Source: a virus (taxonomy: Duplodnaviria > Caudoviricetes). From it: 25,305 nt of DNA. Location of the stretch: the IMG/VR virus record IMGVR_UViG_3300022909_000104, positions 1 to 25,305 of that record. One strand, 5' to 3'. Every line of letters starts with the position of its first letter. The stretch's first letter is position 1. Both the position numbers and the translations under genes were made by a program. This document shows positions 22,944 through 25,305 of this stretch, piece after piece. The notes below the pieces were generated by a model. That model ran no database searches and had not been told where the DNA came from. It worked only from the letters and a program-made list of their open reading frames with translations.

Positions 22944-25305
22944 TGGCAGCAATAGCAACACCGTAACACATAACAAACCAGTTCTTCCAAGAACAACGGA
23001 TGGTTCAGACTTAGGTTCTAATAGAGCTTCTATATACTCTGGTAAGGGGTTGAGCTTTGATGGGGTGAATGATAAAATAATTGTCAGCGGATTTACTGTA
23101 AGTGGAAGTACCCGTACTTTATCATATTATTTTAAAACATCAATAAGCAGTAACGAAAGGGTTTGGCAAATAAATAGCGGGGGAAATTATTTTAACTCTA
23201 CGGTTTTTAATGGTAAGATTAACACCTATGACGGTGTTAATGGAGTTACTACTGTTGATACTTTTAATGATAATAAATGGCATCACGTTGTCATTACTTA
23301 CAACGGAAACAATAATGTGGTTATTTATATTGATGGCGTTTCTCAAACATTAGACAGTACAACTTTTACTGTTCACGACATTAGTAATCAAGATCTCTCT
23401 ATAGGAGCTGATAATAGTGGTCAATTTTATGCTGGTAATCTTTCAAACATAAGATTATTTAATGTAGCCCTTACCGCAGAACAAGTAGCCGAACTATACG
23501 ATAACCCAGAACAAGCTGTACCTACAGGAGTAGATGCTACAAGCCTTGTGCTACACCTACCAATGACGGAAGGTGCTGGGTCATATGTATATAATGCAAA
23601 CGCAAACGCTATAGGCACAGAGCTTATCTCTAACGCAGGATTTGACGAGACTTGTCAGAAGTGGGGAACTACAGATTCCTCTACCGTAGAGATTGCAGGA
23701 GGTAAGGCTATATGGACTAACGCCCCACTCTCAGGATCATTTGTAGAGCAACCGCTAGACTTAGAGGTAGGAAAATTCTACCGAGTCAAGTTTGACTATA
23801 CCTCAACAGCATTCAACATCTTCGTGAACCTAGGAAATACACAACAAGCTGTTCCTTTAGGTAACGGTACGTTTGTATACGATATGTATTACGGCAGCGG
23901 TAGCAGTAGTCTAAAGTTTAAACACGGATATAGTTCAAACTCTTCAGCTACTGTAGACAACGTATCTGTTAAAGAGGTTGTACCTAACTACTACAACGGT
24001 ACTATTAATGGTGCTACTTGGGTAACACGACTTCCAGAACCGTTACCTCAGACCGCTTTAATGGATTGGAATAAAGGAACAAACCTTTTATCCTACAGTG
24101 AGTCTTTTGAAACTGGCTGGTCATATGGAAATACTAGTATTACCGCTGACCAAACTAATGCCCCTAATGAAACATTTACTGCTGATAAGTCTACAGTAAA
24201 TTCAAGCAATGCGTACCACGATTCACTATTAAAAAGTGTGACAACAACTTCGGGGGTATTGTATGAGGTTTCTATTTACGCTAAAAAAGGAGAAGGTATT
24301 AATGGTATATATTTTTATCAGGGTAATGGAAGTAGAATAGCTAAGTGGAATTTAAATGACGGAACTTATATAGGTTACGCTGCTGGTAATAGTTATAACG
24401 CATACGAATCTTATGGTTCTGAAAATGCAGGAAACGGTTGGTTTAGATTTTGGGCAAGGTATACAGCGTCAAGCTCAAGTGGTAATTTTACTGTAGGTAT
24501 TTCTCCAAATACTTCAGATTCAGTAGTTCAATACACAGGTAATGGTACTGATTACTTGTATATATGGGGTGCTAATTATGCTTCTAGTCCTACAAGTCAG
24601 CCATCTCCTTATATTCGCACTGAAGCAACAGCTCAAACAAATCCTATACTAATCCAAGAAGGATCAACAACTGGTAAAGACGTGTTCGGTAACACTATCT
24701 CTAACCCTCGTGCATCAGGTGCTTATAACTTTGATGGCGCTAGTTATGTACAGGGATTAAATACTGGATATCTACCAACAGGAAACGAAGCTCGTAGTTT
24801 AGAAGTATGGGTTTATCGTAAATATAAATCAACCACACAAAGCCTTTTAGAAATAGGTAGTGGTGCTTCTTCTAACCAAAGATTTGGAATCTTAGTGCCT
24901 ACAGGTGGTACATTATATCTAGTAGGTCAGGCTAACGACAATAATTTTACTGGTTTTTCTATTCCTGAAGATGAATGGACTCATATTGTAGCTACACACG
25001 ATGGAACTACGCTAAAGGTTTATAGAAATGGTGTGCTTAACAATAGTGTATCTGAAACATATGCAACTATAGATGTAGGGTATAGGATTGGTTTAGAAAA
25101 TAGATCAACTAGCACAACGTCACTTAGTGGTTGTACAGAATATTCTGTATCTCAAGTATCAAATCCACGCATCTACAACTACGCCCTTACTGCGGAGCAA
25201 GTAGCAGATAACTTTAACGAGAAGGCTTCTACCTTTGGAGGTACTAAGGTTGCTTCAGAGCTTGATGCTTACATTGAGAGAACAGCTAGTGATGGTGCTA
25301 CAGTA
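22943..25305 (+). CDS. Large multi-domain LamG tail/fibre protein, 3' partial, with an apparent frameshift in its first codons
   Basis: Frame open from 22939 to the window end (789 codons, read by hand): LSFDGVND, WHHVVITY...YIDG, DNVSVKEV, TNLLSYSESF, GNGWFR, YIWGA, WTHIVATH...YRNG. The coupled ATG at 22943 is out of frame. Confidence 0.8.

Noticed and set aside
11236-23618. Minus-strand and alternate-frame ORFs in the right arm other than 12946-13380
   Set aside because: They overlap terminase, portal, GroES-like or fibre genes and have no independent support.
23467-25205. DGR template/variable repeat (GCCCTTACnGCnGAnCAAGTAGC twice)
   Set aside because: The three differences are synonymous in ALTAEQVA of two LamG domains; no reverse transcriptase in the window.
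1-25305. Stop-codon reassignment as in some crAss-like phages
   Set aside because: Genes are intact and densely packed in the standard code; TAA, TAG and TGA all end real genes.
22944-25305. Large non-coding region implied by the ORF track
   Set aside because: It is one continuous plus-strand frame, missing from the track because no stop occurs inside the window.

Overview
This 25.3 kb window is part of a tailed dsDNA phage genome. The host is very probably Bacteroidota (Flavobacteria-like), judged from repeated TAnnTTTG -7 promoter boxes, some with a TTG -33 box, and from A-rich leaders without Shine-Dalgarno sequences. Two divergent arms meet at a ~730 bp non-coding region (10486-11220). 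The left arm (1-10485, minus strand) holds early and DNA-metabolism genes: many small ORFs, a MoxR-like AAA+ ATPase with a VWA-like partner, DUF3846- and DUF1281/YubB-like proteins, an ERF annealase, a PD-(D/E)XK exonuclease, a putative SSB and two DnaA-domain-IV HTH proteins. The right arm (11221-end, almost all plus strand) holds small basic proteins, one inverted winged-helix gene, a tandem GroES-like co-chaperonin, terminase, portal and tail/LamG fibre genes. The strongest unexplained signal is a sharp k-mer boundary at about 10.87-10.97 kb. By hand count the left arm has 0 AGCT, 1 CCWGG and 8 GATC, while the right arm is full of them, and the 3.8 kb next to the boundary is enriched in AGACT/AGTCT. 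Other notable items are a tRNA-like minihelix, a mirror-symmetric bidirectional promoter, leaderless late genes, a candidate structured ncRNA, gene-boundary repeats and a frameshift at the start of the last fibre gene. All family calls are from motif recognition; no database search was run.
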